The notes: generated by a model from the letters alone, not told the origin. DNA of 64,000 nt from Octopus sinensis (GCF_006345805.1 NC_043015.1:26660001-26724000), one strand, 5' to 3'; numbered from the stretch's first letter, positions 26,071-38,757 are shown. Numbers and translations are program-made.

Positions 26071-26120
26071 TTTGTCAAAATATTTTCGTCGCTAAAATCC
26101 GCGACCTGTTCACTGACAAA
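26071..26120 (-). ncRNA. Minimal hammerhead variant, G3:C8 swapped core (GUGAACA)
   Basis: Exact reverse complement of 27550-27599. Confidence 0.6.
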
Positions 26121-27016
26121 GTCCGTGCTGCATCTAAGAAAGTAACAGTTAGTTCGTCATATATATGTACGTATGTATGTGTGTATGTATGCATACATGT
26201 GTGTATGTATGTACGTATGCATGTACGCACATACGCCTGTGTATGCATAAAACATAAAGCTATAAACCTGTAGCGATGGATGGATGTAGAGTGACCACTC
26301 ATCACAAAGCTATCAAATTTCAACTTCCTACGGCCGAAGCTAGAAAGTGATTTATGACGCTTACTCCCAAAACTATACCCTAAAATCTATTATCAGATTT
26401 TTTATCTCTATATCATGTATGTATGTATGTGCGTATGTATGTATGTATGTATGTATGTATGTATGTATGTATGTATGTATGTATGTATGTGTGTATGTAT
26501 GTGTGTATGTACATACGTACGCATGTGCGTATGTATGTATACGCGCTCGTGTGCATGTGCCCATGTATGTGTGTGCGTACATGTACGTGCGTATGTACGT
26601 GTGTATGCCCATACGTAGGTATGTATGTATGTTTGTATTCATGTGCTACGTATGTATGTGAGTGTCTAGGAGAATGGTCAGATGTGTCTGTGAGAGTGTG
26701 TACATCTGTATGTGTATGTGAACGTATGTCCGTGTACTGGCATGTGTCCGTCCAAGTTGTGTACATGACTGTTACTTTGCTGAAGGTTGTATACATATTT
26801 ACATATATGTTTGTATAGACGCACACACACATATATATATGTGTGTGGGTGTGTGTTTGTTCCTCTCATCATCGTCTAACCGTGAATGGATACAACGCCT
26901 AGGTGCAACTGTTCGTATCAAACAACGTCTGCTCATACCGTTGTATATAACTGCACATACGCGTTGCAACCCGTATGTAAGGACTACAGGTAAAAGGGAG
27001 AGAGAGAGAGAGGTGG

Positions 27017-27310
27017 TTATAGAATAGTCCTTCTGAATGGGATCTGGATGTTATTCCATTCGGACTTTCGGTTGAGAGTAGGTTTGTATTCTTGTATACA
27101 AACAGCTTCTGTGACCTGTCTCAACATTGCTTCGGTGGGGTGTGTTGATAGGATGTTCAACTTAAGCTCCCCTAAGGATCCCTTGTGGTAGTCTACAGCA
27201 TGTTGGTAGAAGATGGAGTTTGGCTTCCTTTCAATGTAGTTGTCCAGGTGTTCTTTGAACCTATCATTGATGCTTCTAGAGGTCTCACCTATGTATGACT
27301 CTGGGTTATG
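27017..27310 (-). pseudogene. GIY-YIG endonuclease C-terminal fragment
   Basis: ESYIGETSRSINDRFKEH..SIFYQHAVDYH..LRQVTEAVCIQEYKPTLNRKSEW. Confidence 0.88.
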
Positions 27311-27549
27311 TTTTATAGAGTGTATGTGCGTGCATATACACACACATACACATATACATACATACATACATACATACATACATACATACATACATACATA
27401 CATACATACATACATACATACATGCATACACAGGCGTATGTGCGTACATGCATACGTACATACATACACACATGTATGCATACATACACACATACATACG
27501 TACATATATATGACGAACTAACTGTTACTTTCTTAGATGCAGCACGGAC

Positions 27550-27599
27550 TTTGTCAGTGAACAGGTCGCGGATTTTAGCGACGAAAATATTTTGACAAA
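27550..27599 (+). ncRNA. Minimal hammerhead variant, G3:C8 swapped core (GUGAACA)
   Basis: Stem I UUUGUCA/UGACAAA, core GUGAACA plus one extra G, stem II GUCGC/GCGAC, GAAA, palindromic stem III AAUAUU, UUU triplet. Confidence 0.6.
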
Positions 27600-27889
27600 T
27601 TAAACTTAAATGTTGAAGTGAATCGAACGGCTTTTGTGTGTTTCTTAAATAGCTTATAAACACCTTCCACGCTGCAATAGTTTTCGTTTCAGCACACGAT
27701 CTCAGATCAAATTACTTGCTATGCGAGTACATCTCCGTAATATATATATATATATATATATTTCCGGTGACATCGAGAAGTGATGCGTCATTAGTTAGTC
27801 ATATGAAAACCAATACTCGTTACTTTCGAATTCATGGGCTGTTGCACACTGAACTAGCGACAACACCCCAGAATCTTACGCTGGTGTGT

Positions 27890-28930
27890 AACGTCCAGTC
27901 TCACTCACATACTATCAAAATATTTGAGAGAGTGTTGAACTCAAGAATAACAGCCTTCCTAGAGCAAAAATCATCTTCTAAATTGCAACCAGCATGGCTT
28001 TCGTGGTTGGAGGGAATGTGTAACACAGCTCCTCCACCACTTTGATGACATCTTAAATGCACAAGTGAGGACTCCAAAGCTGGTGTCATATACCTTGATT
28101 TCAGTAAGGCCTTTGATTGAGTCGATCACTATATACTGTTAAGGAAAATAACCAGCGCTGGAGTCGGTGGAAAGCTATTTCAATGGATTTAGTATTTCCT
28201 AACAAATAGGACCCAACATGTTGTGGTTGATGGCATCCACTCAAGACGAGCAAATGTATATCAGCGGAGTCCCGCAGGGTACTGTGTTCGATCATTAAAA
28301 TATTTGCAGATGACTATAAGCTTCAGAAAGTCATTAAGGGAGCAAATGATCGAACGATGCTTCAATCGAACCTATGTGCCCTAACACAGTGGGCACAAAG
28401 AAGCAATAAGCAGTTACAGTAAAAAAAATTTGAGCTCATCCACTTTAGAAAGGAGGGCACACTCAAACAACCATATACACTATCGTCGGTAGACCTACTT
28501 GAACAGTCGGATAATATCAGAGACTCAGGTATAATTGTCGACAGCAACTTTCGCTGGAGTGTGCACATAAAAATATCGATATTGCCCGCAGAATATGCTC
28601 ATGAATTCTCAGAACTTTTCAATCTAGGAATCATGAAACAATCATCCTTCTCTTCACATTTGCTAGCCCCCCATCTCGAATACTGTTGCCCATTGTGGCC
28701 CCCTACAAAAAAAGACATAATCAGAGTCGAAGCGCCACAAAATCAATCACTAAAAAAATAAATGGCATTATGGGACTTGATTATTGGGCTCGACTTAAAT
28801 AGTTGCAACGTCGTCGTGAGCGATACAGTATTTGTACCAAGTGGAAAATATTCCACCAATATTATCCAAATGATATTGACATTATGCTTACAATTCACCC
28901 ACGAATATGCACTTCCAAGTCTTTCAAGTG
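27890..28930 (+). mobile_element. CR1-like LINE RT fragment with internal deletions
   Basis: IKIFERV, QHGFR, YLDFSKAFD, SGVPQGTV, IFADD, HLEYCCPLW, LQRRRERY motifs across frames. Confidence 0.85.
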
Positions 28931-28947
28931 CATATATACATACATAG

Positions 28948-29017
<70 letters not shown>

Positions 29018-29026
29018 ACACACATA

Positions 29027-29330
29027 TCTATTATATAAAATCCGTTCTGTCTGTCTATGTGTGTGCCTTCTAGAATCTCGGGCATCCTCCATCCGATTGC
29101 GCTCAAATTTGATATGTAGATACCGACGATATCAGGATGTGTATAAATCTTGAAAAATTACAAAAATCGATTCCAGGTGAGAATGCGATCGATAAAGCCG
29201 TGGGTACGTGCATTTGTACGCGCAAGTACATCAGCTGCTGCGATCGATACTACGCGTACGCGAGAAAAATGTATGTGCAGTTTGCGCAAAAATATCATCA
29301 TACTTTTCCATCTAGATTTACCTCCAGCTA
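29027..29330 (+). mobile_element. Non-autonomous Helitron-like 5' fragment
   Basis: TCTATTATATAAAA 5' terminus followed by a ctgtctgtct microrepeat and ccatccgattgcgctcaaatttg; no matching 3' end seen. Confidence 0.55.
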
Positions 29331-29773
29331 ACCCATTTCCATGCATCGTTTTTTTCCTGCTTTTCTTCCGTCAACCTGTACATAACTGCACCTTCCATTT
29401 TTTGTTGTTTTTGTACTGCTTAAAGGCACGTTTATTTCCTGCCAAGCTTACTGTTTAAACCATGTTTGTGTTCTCTCAGTCAACAGCCTTATCATTACTG
29501 GTACTTTAAACTCTTCGGTTGCATATATGTGTGAATAAAATCGTTTTCTTTGGAATAGAAAAAAAGTCTATCTTTATTTCTTTTTTTTTGCTGGTGTCTC
29601 AAATTTAGGTTAAATCAGTGTTTCTCAAAAGGTCGGACAAGTTATGTAGAGAAAATTTGGTTTAAATGTTTGACAACTCAGCACCGTCCATTATATGTTA
29701 CCCTTATTCAAAACATATTAATTTACAGATATATATTATATATATATAATATATATATATATATAATATATAT

Positions 29774-29823
<50 letters not shown>

Positions 29824-30007
29824 ATATAGGAAACAACGAAGCCTTCAGCATCATCACCCAAAACCTTCTCATCCTCACAGCAGACAAAACAATGAGCGAA
29901 ATTTTAAGCTCATAATAAATTATAAAAAGCAAAAAGCAGCCGAAGTCACCGAAAAGAATATTAACCAGCGCTTAAATAGCTTACAAACACCTTCCACGCT
30001 GCAATTG

Positions 30008-32500
30008 TATATATATTCTGAAATGCAAAAAGTTTGTTTGTCTGGTTTTGACATTGAGAACGGGTTAAAGGCCACTAGATCCCGTCGGATTGACTCCAAA
30101 ATTTACAGATACATGTAAAATGAGGTGAGGATGCGAGTGGGCTAGGTTAGAAGTCCCCATCTTAAAAGGTGTCGTTGCTAGAGCCAAAAACGCACACTTT
30201 GACAAGTCTACTTTCATTCTTTTATGTGTCTGTCTTTCTCCATCTCTCACTCTCTTTCCTCTCTTCCTTTCACCTTCTCTCTATAACGTCGTTTCACAGC
30301 GTCTATTATCTTTCCCCCGCCGCCATCGCATTCTGTTATCTGCCTGTCTTCCTCCATCTCTCTCTCTCTCTTTCCTCCCTTCCTTTCACATCCTTTCGTT
30401 TGATATCGTCTGATAGCTTTCCTTCGCCGCCTTCGCAAGCGCTGTCACTCTCTCTCTCTACGTCTGTCTACATTCATAAAGAGAATTATCATCGCCACCA
30501 CTACCACCACCTCCACCACACAATCATGAGAATCTTTCTCTTAAAACAAATCATCTTTGGGTTTCAAAATATTTCATTTTTCAGGCCTCTCTTTCATATA
30601 TCACCTTTTCTTCCTCGATCTCTCTCTTTTCCCCCTTCCTTCACGTTCTCTCTCTATAAGGACATTTGACACCTCCGCCGTCTCTCTTTCTTCTCCAACG
30701 CGTCGCTCAATGTATTTCTGTTTGTATCTCTAAAGACGAAACGTGACAGCCGCAAAAGTTTAAATATTCTCACCACAGGTCTTTCAGAAAGGTGAATTAT
30801 TATCTCCCACCACCACCGCACAATTATAACAGATATTATTTATCAGAAGATATGTTATTATTTTGCGACACATTACAAGAATAATGGGTGGAGCTACATT
30901 TCTCATGGCAGGAGATTTCCGACAAACTCTTCCTGTTGTCCGAAGAGGCACTCGAGCCGATGAGGTTAATGCATGTATAAAGCATTCTTATGTGTGGCAC
31001 AGTGTAATCAGTCGTCATCTTGAAACTAACATGAGAGTCCACCTACGAAGTGATGTGGAGTCTGAGGCTTTCGCAAAACAGCTATTAGATCTTGGTGATG
31101 GAGTTTTGCCTTTGGTTGATGATGAGCATATTCGGTTGCCTTTTGGGATTTCGTTCCAAATGTAGAAGACCTTATAAGAGCCGTTTTACCTGACGTCGAA
31201 ACCAACTTCCAGGATCTCGATTGGCTAAGGACGAGAGCTATTCTATCGCCTCATAATACAACAGCTGATGCTACTAATAAACAACTGCTTGATATGATTC
31301 CTGGTGAGGAAGTTTCTTTCATGTCCATCGATACAAATAAAGATGAGAATGATGCAGTCAAATATCCACCCGAGCTACTCAACAAGCTAACACCTCCGGG
31401 GCTTCCACCTCATCATTTGTGTTTGAATGCTGGTGCTCCAATCATGGTGCTCAGAAACATGGAAACGCCTGAAATATGCAATGGAACCCAAATGGTTATA
31501 AGGAGGATTCAGAGTCATATTATAACTGCTGAAATTTTGAGTGGACCATTCGTAGGAAGAATGAAGATGATACATAAAATGATGTTCCCATTCAGTTTAA
31601 ACGCTTTCAATTTCCGAAGAAACTATGTTTCACGATGACAATCAACAAGTCTCAGGGACAATCACTGGACATTGTAGGAGTTAATCTGTCACAACCGGTC
31701 TTCAGTCATGGTCAATTGTACGTAGCCTGTTCTCGTGTTGGAAATCCGCATAACTTCTTCATTCTTGGCAATCATGAGCGCACAAGGAACGTGGTTTATC
31801 AGGAGGCTCTGACAAAACAAGATTGATTGTAAGTCATGATATTTTCCTTGAGTTTTTCTTCTGCACGTCTTGTTTATCTCTTCATTCTTGAAAATAAAGA
31901 CATTAAAACGAACATGGTTCATAAAGAAGATTGGGTTAAGATGTTTGCAAACATTTGATCCAACTCATTCGTCTCTTTATTCCTCATTTTCCGATTCCTT
32001 CTACGTCTCCATTGAACGGCTTTGTCAAGTTATTGTTTCTTCGCCAGCATAAGGCATTCATAAAGTGAATGAGTTGTTAGTTACATTTTATACACTGTTC
32101 CATTGTTTAGGTGGTGTCGAAAGGACTGGCATGTGTCACCAAATAACCTCTGTCAGTCAAACTCCCAACTCATGCGTTCACGTTGCGATACTCTTTCTAC
32201 AGATGTGAATTTACATTCTGCCTTTTTTGGTTTAAACTATCTTCCTGCAGGTTGAAAAAAATTTGTTTTTTAGAGTCCTCGACAATATTCGCCACCGAAA
32301 TTCCATTTTTCAATTTTATGATTATACCTAAAGTGCTCTAATCGAATTTGAACTGTCTTCCCATTGACGGGCGTTTGTCTTTTGTTTTTTAGAAAAAAAC
32401 GCATTGCCTCTTTCGTTTTAAAACAATAAAACTATGCTACATTAATAAATTGGTCCAACAACCAAAACATCACCCACGCGTAGAGCGGGTCACCTTAAGC
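30008..32500 (+). mobile_element. Helitron array unit 1 (carries helicase fragment)
   Basis: 5' region nearly identical to unit 2; 3' hairpin cccacgcgtagagcggg + tcaccttaagCTAC. Confidence 0.85.
30863..31826 (+). pseudogene. Helitron PIF1-like helicase C-terminal fragment
   Basis: AGDFRQTLPV, LETNMR, PPGLPPH.L.L..GAPIMVLRN, TINKSQGQSL, FSHGQLYVACSRV; stops and frameshifts. Confidence 0.92.
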
Positions 32501-33459
32501 TACTCTCTATATTATAATTCTGAAATGCGAAAAGTTTGTTTGTTTGGTTTTGGCACTGAGAACGGGTTAAAGGCCACTAGATCCCGTCGGATTGACTCCA
32601 ACATTTACAGGGACATGAAAAATGAGGTGAGGATGCCAGTGGGCTAGGTCAGAAGTCCCCATCTTAAAAGGTGTCGTTGCTAGGGCCAACAACGCATACT
32701 TTGACAAGTCTACTTTCATTCTTTTATGTGTCTGTCTTTCTCCGTCACTCACTCTCTTTCCTCTCTTCCCTTTACTTTCTATCTATAACGTCGTTTCACA
32801 GCGTCCACCTCCCTTCCCTTCACGTTCTCTCTATAACGTTATAGAGAGAAAGTCAAAGGAAGGGAGAAAGTAATAATGAGTGAATGAGAATAAAGACGAA
32901 CGATTTAAAAAGCGTAAAAATATTTTCTTTCTCAACTTACTCAACACCATTTGTTGTTTATAAATGGGAGAGAGATAGATAGAGAAAGATAGAGAGTAAG
33001 AGAAAGCGAGGGAAAGTCTACTATCTTTCCCTCGCCGCCTTCACCAGCGCTGTCACTCTCTCTCTCTCTCTCTATGTCTGTCTGCATTCATAGAGAGAAT
33101 TATCATCGCCACCACCACCACACAATCATGAGAACAAATATTATGAATGAGATATTTATTGGGTTAATTTATATATGTGTGTGTGTTCTAGATATAAATA
33201 TGTATATATAATGTATATATACAAAGTGTATATATCTGTATTTATGTACATTAAACTTTTTAATACTTTTTGATAGTTATATATATATTTTTTTAAATTA
33301 TAAATATAAATTCATAATTTGAATTTTAAATTTAAGTAATTTGAATTTTTAAATTTTATATTTTATATATTTTGTATATTATATTTTTATTTTTATGTTT
33401 TGGTTTACGTTTTTCAATGTTTGATTTGCCTAATAGTGGTTTTATCTCTAATTTAATTT

Positions 33460-33496
<37 letters not shown>

Positions 33497-33518
33497 GTAT
33501 ACATTTGTATATATAATG

Positions 33519-33581
<63 letters not shown>

Positions 33582-33750
33582 TGTGTGTGCATTATGCGGT
33601 CGGTTGTGCTGCAAATATGCACACCTATGTTAAAAGTGCTGCCGACAACTATTTTTTTCCTCAAATAAAAGGCGTAAAAAACAGAAAGGAAGCAACAGAA
33701 AGTAACAACCACACTCTTACCCGCGCATAGAGCGGGTCACCTTAAGCTAG
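32501..33750 (+). mobile_element. Helitron array unit 2 (non-autonomous)
   Basis: Starts TCTCTATATTATAATTCTGAAATGC directly after unit 1; ends cccgcgcatagagcggg-tcaccttaagCTAG. Confidence 0.88.
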
Positions 33751-34246
33751 TCTATATTATAATTCTTAAATGCAATAAGTTTGATTATCTGGTTTTGGCA
33801 TTGGAACGGGTTAAAGGGTACTAGATCCCGTTGGATTCGCTCCGAAATTTACAGGAACTGTGGTTACTAGGGCAAAAACCCCACACTTTAACAAGTCTTT
33901 TTTTCGTTACTTCAGTATCTTATCTGCCTGTCTTCCTCCAGCTCTCTCTGATTCCTCTCATTCCATCACTTTCTCTCTATAACGACGTTTGACAGATACT
34001 ACTACCTTTCCCTGTCGCCTTCGCCAGGGCTGTCACTCTTTCCCTCACCGCCTCCCTCCCTCTCTCTCTCTGTACGTCTATCTGCATTCATAGAGAGTTT
34101 TATTATCGCCACCACCACCACTCAATCATGAAAACAAATACTATGAATCAGATATTTATTGGGTTAATTTATATATGTGTTTGTGTCTGTAATCTATATA
34201 TAAATATGTATATATAATGTATATATATACAAAGTGTATATATCTG

Positions 34247-34296
<50 letters not shown>

Positions 34297-35022
34297 ATAC
34301 ATTTGTATATATAATGCGTACACACACACATGTATATAATGCGTCTATATGTACATATATATATTTTATGCGTATAATATATATATATATATAATATATA
34401 TATATAATATAATATATATATTATATAATATATATTACGTATAATATATATATATATATATATATATACGTATATATATATATTATGTGTGCATTATGTA
34501 GTCGGTTAAGCTGAAAATATGTACACCTATGTTAAAAGTGCTGGCGTGTTTGCATGGCAACTATTTTTTCCTGAAATGAAAGGCGTAGCTTCTAGGACAA
34601 AATGCCTCATATTTTAAAATGTGGTCCGATTACACCCGAATGGAATCGGCTTATATTAACCAAATAAGTAAAATAATGAAAAACTATGCCATTTTAATCT
34701 CAAGTAAGGTCGGGTATCTCTGTAGGTCTACTACATATTTGTGAAAAGGGCAGACGTTATCTCACAAGCAGTTATACATGCAAAAGTGTTAGTAAATATG
34801 GTAGGACTCAGTTGAAAATTTGCAAACCTATATTAAAAATCCTGGCGAGTTTGCATGGCAACTTTGAGTTTGCTCAATTGAAAGGTGTGGCCTCTAGGGC
34901 AAAATTCTTCATCTTTAAAGTGTAGCCCGCGTAGACCCGAATGAAATCGAGTTATAATACCGAAACAAATAAAACAATGATAAACTATTTTAATCTCGAG
35001 CAAGTCCGGGTTTCTCTGCTAT
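33751..35022 (+). mobile_element. Helitron array unit 3 (non-autonomous, two alternative 3' modules)
   Basis: Starts TCTATATTATAATTC directly after CTAG; diverged duplicated 3' modules end at ~34728 and ~35022. Confidence 0.75.
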
Positions 35023-35744
35023 CTATATATATAAAAGAGGCTTTGGGTCAAAATTGTGTGCACGTTTTGCTACGTCAGAGGTTGGCGGCCACACCAGTGG
35101 TCAGATCGAGCTGAAAATTTACACAGGCATAGATGACGTGATGAGGCAGAGTTGAGTAGATTAACACTCACCATCTGGAAAGATGCGGTTGCTATGGTGA
35201 GAAGATTCAAGGGGACTCTAAGCCCCTCCAGATTGGCGCGATTGGCATCTAATCCTATCTATAAAATGAAGAAGGCGAACGTTGATACAAATAGGATTTT
35301 TATGTAAAAAGGGGTCTAAATGGGGCTGGAAGGGGATTCAAATTTACAGGAGGGGGTAACTTGAGGGGGGAAATTGATTGGGAGACGTTTTGTGGCGCTA
35401 CAGTGGTTGCTTTGGTGTGAAAACTGGGATGTTATTGATTTTGGGGGGACACTTGGTGGTCTAGATCGGACACCTTTTGCCCGATTTCAATCAAATTTTC
35501 AACATGGTAAAGTGGAAGCGGATTTGTAATTTAAACGCAGAAATCTAATTTTTTTTATAAATGGCAGAGAGATAGTTACAGAAAGATAAAGAGTAAGAGA
35601 AGGCGAGGGAAAGTCCGAAAGGAAGAGTAAGAGAGTGAGAAAATGAGAAAGGGTAAAGAAACAAAGAGGGAGAATGTGGCGATAAGAAACAGAAAGTAAC
35701 AACCGGAACCTCACCTGCGTGTAGAGCGGGTCACCTTAAGCTAG
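35020..35744 (+). mobile_element. Helitron array unit 4 (different 5' end, same 3' end as units 1-2)
   Basis: TCTATATATATAAAAG start; ends cctgcgtgtagagcgggtcaccttaagCTAG then T. Confidence 0.75.
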
Positions 35745-36103
35745 TATATATATATATAATTAAGAAAGAGAGAAGACAAATGCTAAGATCGATGTATATA
35801 TTCTTTCAACCCATATTAATGAAATTCTCCAAGGTATACAATATACATACATTGTTGCATTCATCTATATGATATATAAAAATTTCTAAGAATTTATAAA
35901 TATATACATATACACGAAAATTTATAAATATAAATATATAGAAATATAAGTCCATAAACGTACCTGCGAAGTCCGAATGTTCGAATTTGAATCAATGAAG
36001 AGGAAAGTAAAAAGCGGATGTAAAATGATTCATAAGGAATCGAAAACATAATATAAAATCTTACGGCCGTTTCGAAATATATATATATATATATACATAT
36101 ATA

Positions 36104-36140
<37 letters not shown>

Positions 36141-36208
36141 ATATATATATATATATATGTATGTATACATATATGCTTTATTTAAAAGCAGCAGAAATTT
36201 AACAAAAG

Positions 36209-36246
36209 CTGTTACTCAGAGTATCACGTTCCCGTTCGTCGGACAG
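36209..36246 (-). ncRNA. 38-nt minimal hammerhead, probably inactivated (GAUA for GAAA)
   Basis: Stem I CUGU/ACAG, core CCGACGA, stem II ACG-GGAA-CGU, GAUA, stem III ACUC-U-GAGU, GUA triplet. Confidence 0.7.
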
Positions 36247-36445
36247 TTTTTCTGTCTTTTTTCTTTTCACCTGTTATAAAATTGAAACTTAATGACTGAT
36301 AATATGATTCCATCAACGTGTGGACGTTGGTTGTCCTCGTCCATACTTTACTGTCCAGAAACATTACACACACAAACATACGCACATGCAAAAGAGAAAT
36401 GAACATATAAACATATATACGTATACACATATATGTTTATATACG

Positions 36446-36500
<55 letters not shown>

Positions 36501-36739
36501 TATAGATATATATATATATATATTAATAATAAATTAATAAATTAGTGGTTATTTATAATGTTAAATTTCTAAATTTATATAAATTATTTTACGTATTGGC
36601 TTAAGTCTTTGTTTGATTTGCATAATAGTGGTTTTGTCTCTAATTTAATTATAATTATATATAATATATAATACGTATAAAAATATGTAAGTGTATATAT
36701 ATATATATATAATATATATATATATATAATATATATATA

Positions 36740-37060
36740 ACGGGAAGCTTTATGAAAATAAACAAAAGACGAAGCAGGTGGAAAAACACGAACAATTGTA
36801 TAGTATGGCGCTCAGGAAATATAAATAAAACAAGTCTTTAACGTTTCGAGGCTACGCTCTTCAACAGAAAGATAACACAGAGAGAAAGAAAACAGAAAGA
36901 AGGAGAGAAAAAAAATGCGTGCAGTAGCTAACGAATCAACATGGCGATTGATTTCGGGCCAGCGGTCAAAGATCCCAAACATGAGACGCGAGAGCGAAAT
37001 AAGGGGAGATAATAGGTTGATAAAAGGGTGAGGGACCAGCTAAAAGTGCGTGGGAGGGGT
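36740..37060 (-). mobile_element. Penelope-type pLTR/3' region
   Basis: Contains the HHR-like motif at 36835-36872 and abuts (TA)n; resembles a common octopus repeat end (recalled, not searched). Confidence 0.55.
36835..36872 (-). ncRNA. Minimal hammerhead-like motif with CUGUUGA core (possible A6U variant)
   Basis: Stem I UCUUU/AAAGA, CUGUUGA plus extra A, stem II GAG/CUC, GAAA, palindromic ACGU, GUU triplet. Confidence 0.5.
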
Positions 37061-37419
37061 GGGATGGTGTATGTATAGGGTTGGTGTAGTTATTAGTATG
37101 TATAAGGGTGTGTGTTGTGTGTGGTGTGTGTGTGTATGAGAGGTATTAGTGGCGTAAGATTGGTCTGGGACGTGCATATGTAGGGTTGGTGTGTTATGTG
37201 TATGTATTAGTATGTATTAGTATGTATTAGTACGTATTGGTATGTATAGTGTGTGTGTGTGTGTGAGAGAGAGTATAAGTGCGTATGCGGGGTCTGGACG
37301 TGTGTATGTATAGGGTTGGTGTAAGTATTAGTATGTACTAGATGTATTAGTACGTATTAGTATGTATTAGTGGTGTGTGTATTAGTATGGCACATCATAG
37401 TGATGTGATGTGTAAGTCA

Positions 37420-37650
37420 TGTGGGTGTAGTGGGGAGAAGGGGGGAGGGGGAGAAGAGGGGGGAGAGGAAGGGGGAAAAAGGGGAGGGGAAGAAAGGGGG
37501 GAGGAGAAGGGGGAAGAGGAGACGATGGGGGAGAAGGAAGGTGAGGGAGGGGGATGAAGGAGGAAAGGATGGAGGGGGGGAAAAGGAGGGAGAGGGAGAG
37601 AGAGAGAGAAGGGGAGAGAGGGAGTGGGGAGCAGAGGGAAGGGGAAGAGG
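37420..37650. repeat. Polypurine (G/A) low-complexity tract
   Basis: Direct reading. Confidence 0.9.
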
Positions 37651-38532
37651 ATATATATATATATGTATGTATTTATATTTATATATATATATATACACAC
37701 ATACATATATATATACACATGTATATAATATATATATATAGATAAATATTATGTATATATATTTGTGTATATATATATACATATGCATATGTATACATAT
37801 ATATATATAATATATTATATATGGATATATATATATATGCGTATGCATGTAAATATGTGTATGTATTTAATATGTACCTTTCCCTTTCACATTAAATATA
37901 ATAAGGAATGCATCCATTACGTGAACTTTCCCAGTTAAAACAGCTCAAAATATGAAGAAATTGATGGAAATATCCCAATTTGGATAAAGCAGTAGGGCGA
38001 CAACTAAGTTACACTGATATAGTGGTGAAGAAGAAGATAGAAGAAAAAGTGATTGAGAAAAAGTTGAAGAGAAGGATATAGAAAGTGAGATAGTAAGCAA
38101 GGGTAAACCTTTAGTACCGTGCATCTCTTCTAGGCTGAACTATTGTATATACATGTGTGTGTGTGTGTAACAAAACAGTTTGATTCAAATTTGTTGTTAC
38201 ATTTGAGTTTCAAGCATGATGCTAGTCGTCAGCCATTTTGAATTTGTATGACAGAAGTTGATTGTTAGCAACGTAAGCAGGGCTGCGAGTGGTCGAGGAA
38301 GGCTATGCTGCTTGCCCGAGGCCGTTTATACATCCATATCTGTTAACGGTTATTTTCAATACTTTACTCGCTGGATTAAGTGTTTGTTTCACTTTTTGTC
38401 TTCTGCAATTTAATTTTTGGATCTTCTATATATATGAAGAATTTACCTCCGTCTGGCTGTTTTTCTCTCTACAAAACAAACGGAAAGTTGCATTATTGAA
38501 CAGTCATTTTAACAAATTTTTTTTATTTATTT

Positions 38533-38638
38533 ATCACCCGATGAGATACGTCTGCACTCCAGATACTCTTGAACCAGTTTTTTTTGTGTGTCTCACAAGA
38601 GGAGTCGATGCTAGATGTGTCGAAACAATTGTTCTGAT
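38533..38638 (+). ncRNA. Type I hammerhead candidate (U4C core)
   Basis: Core CCGAUGA, 9-bp stem II GAUACGUCU/AGAUGUGUC, GAAAC, palindromic ACAAUUGU, GUU triplet, stem I AUCA/UGAT above a C.C mismatch. Confidence 0.65.
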
Positions 38639-38681
38639 TAATGATATATTCTCGCATATTCCATCTTCTGTCTTTCCTTTG

Positions 38682-38757
<76 letters not shown>

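Larger units (their letters stand above)
25795..27885 (-). mobile_element. Truncated Penelope-like element bracketed by inverted pLTR-containing arms
   Basis: Arms 25795-26250 and 27420-27885 are reverse complements; GIY-YIG fragment between them; each arm has an HHR-like motif. Confidence 0.8.
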
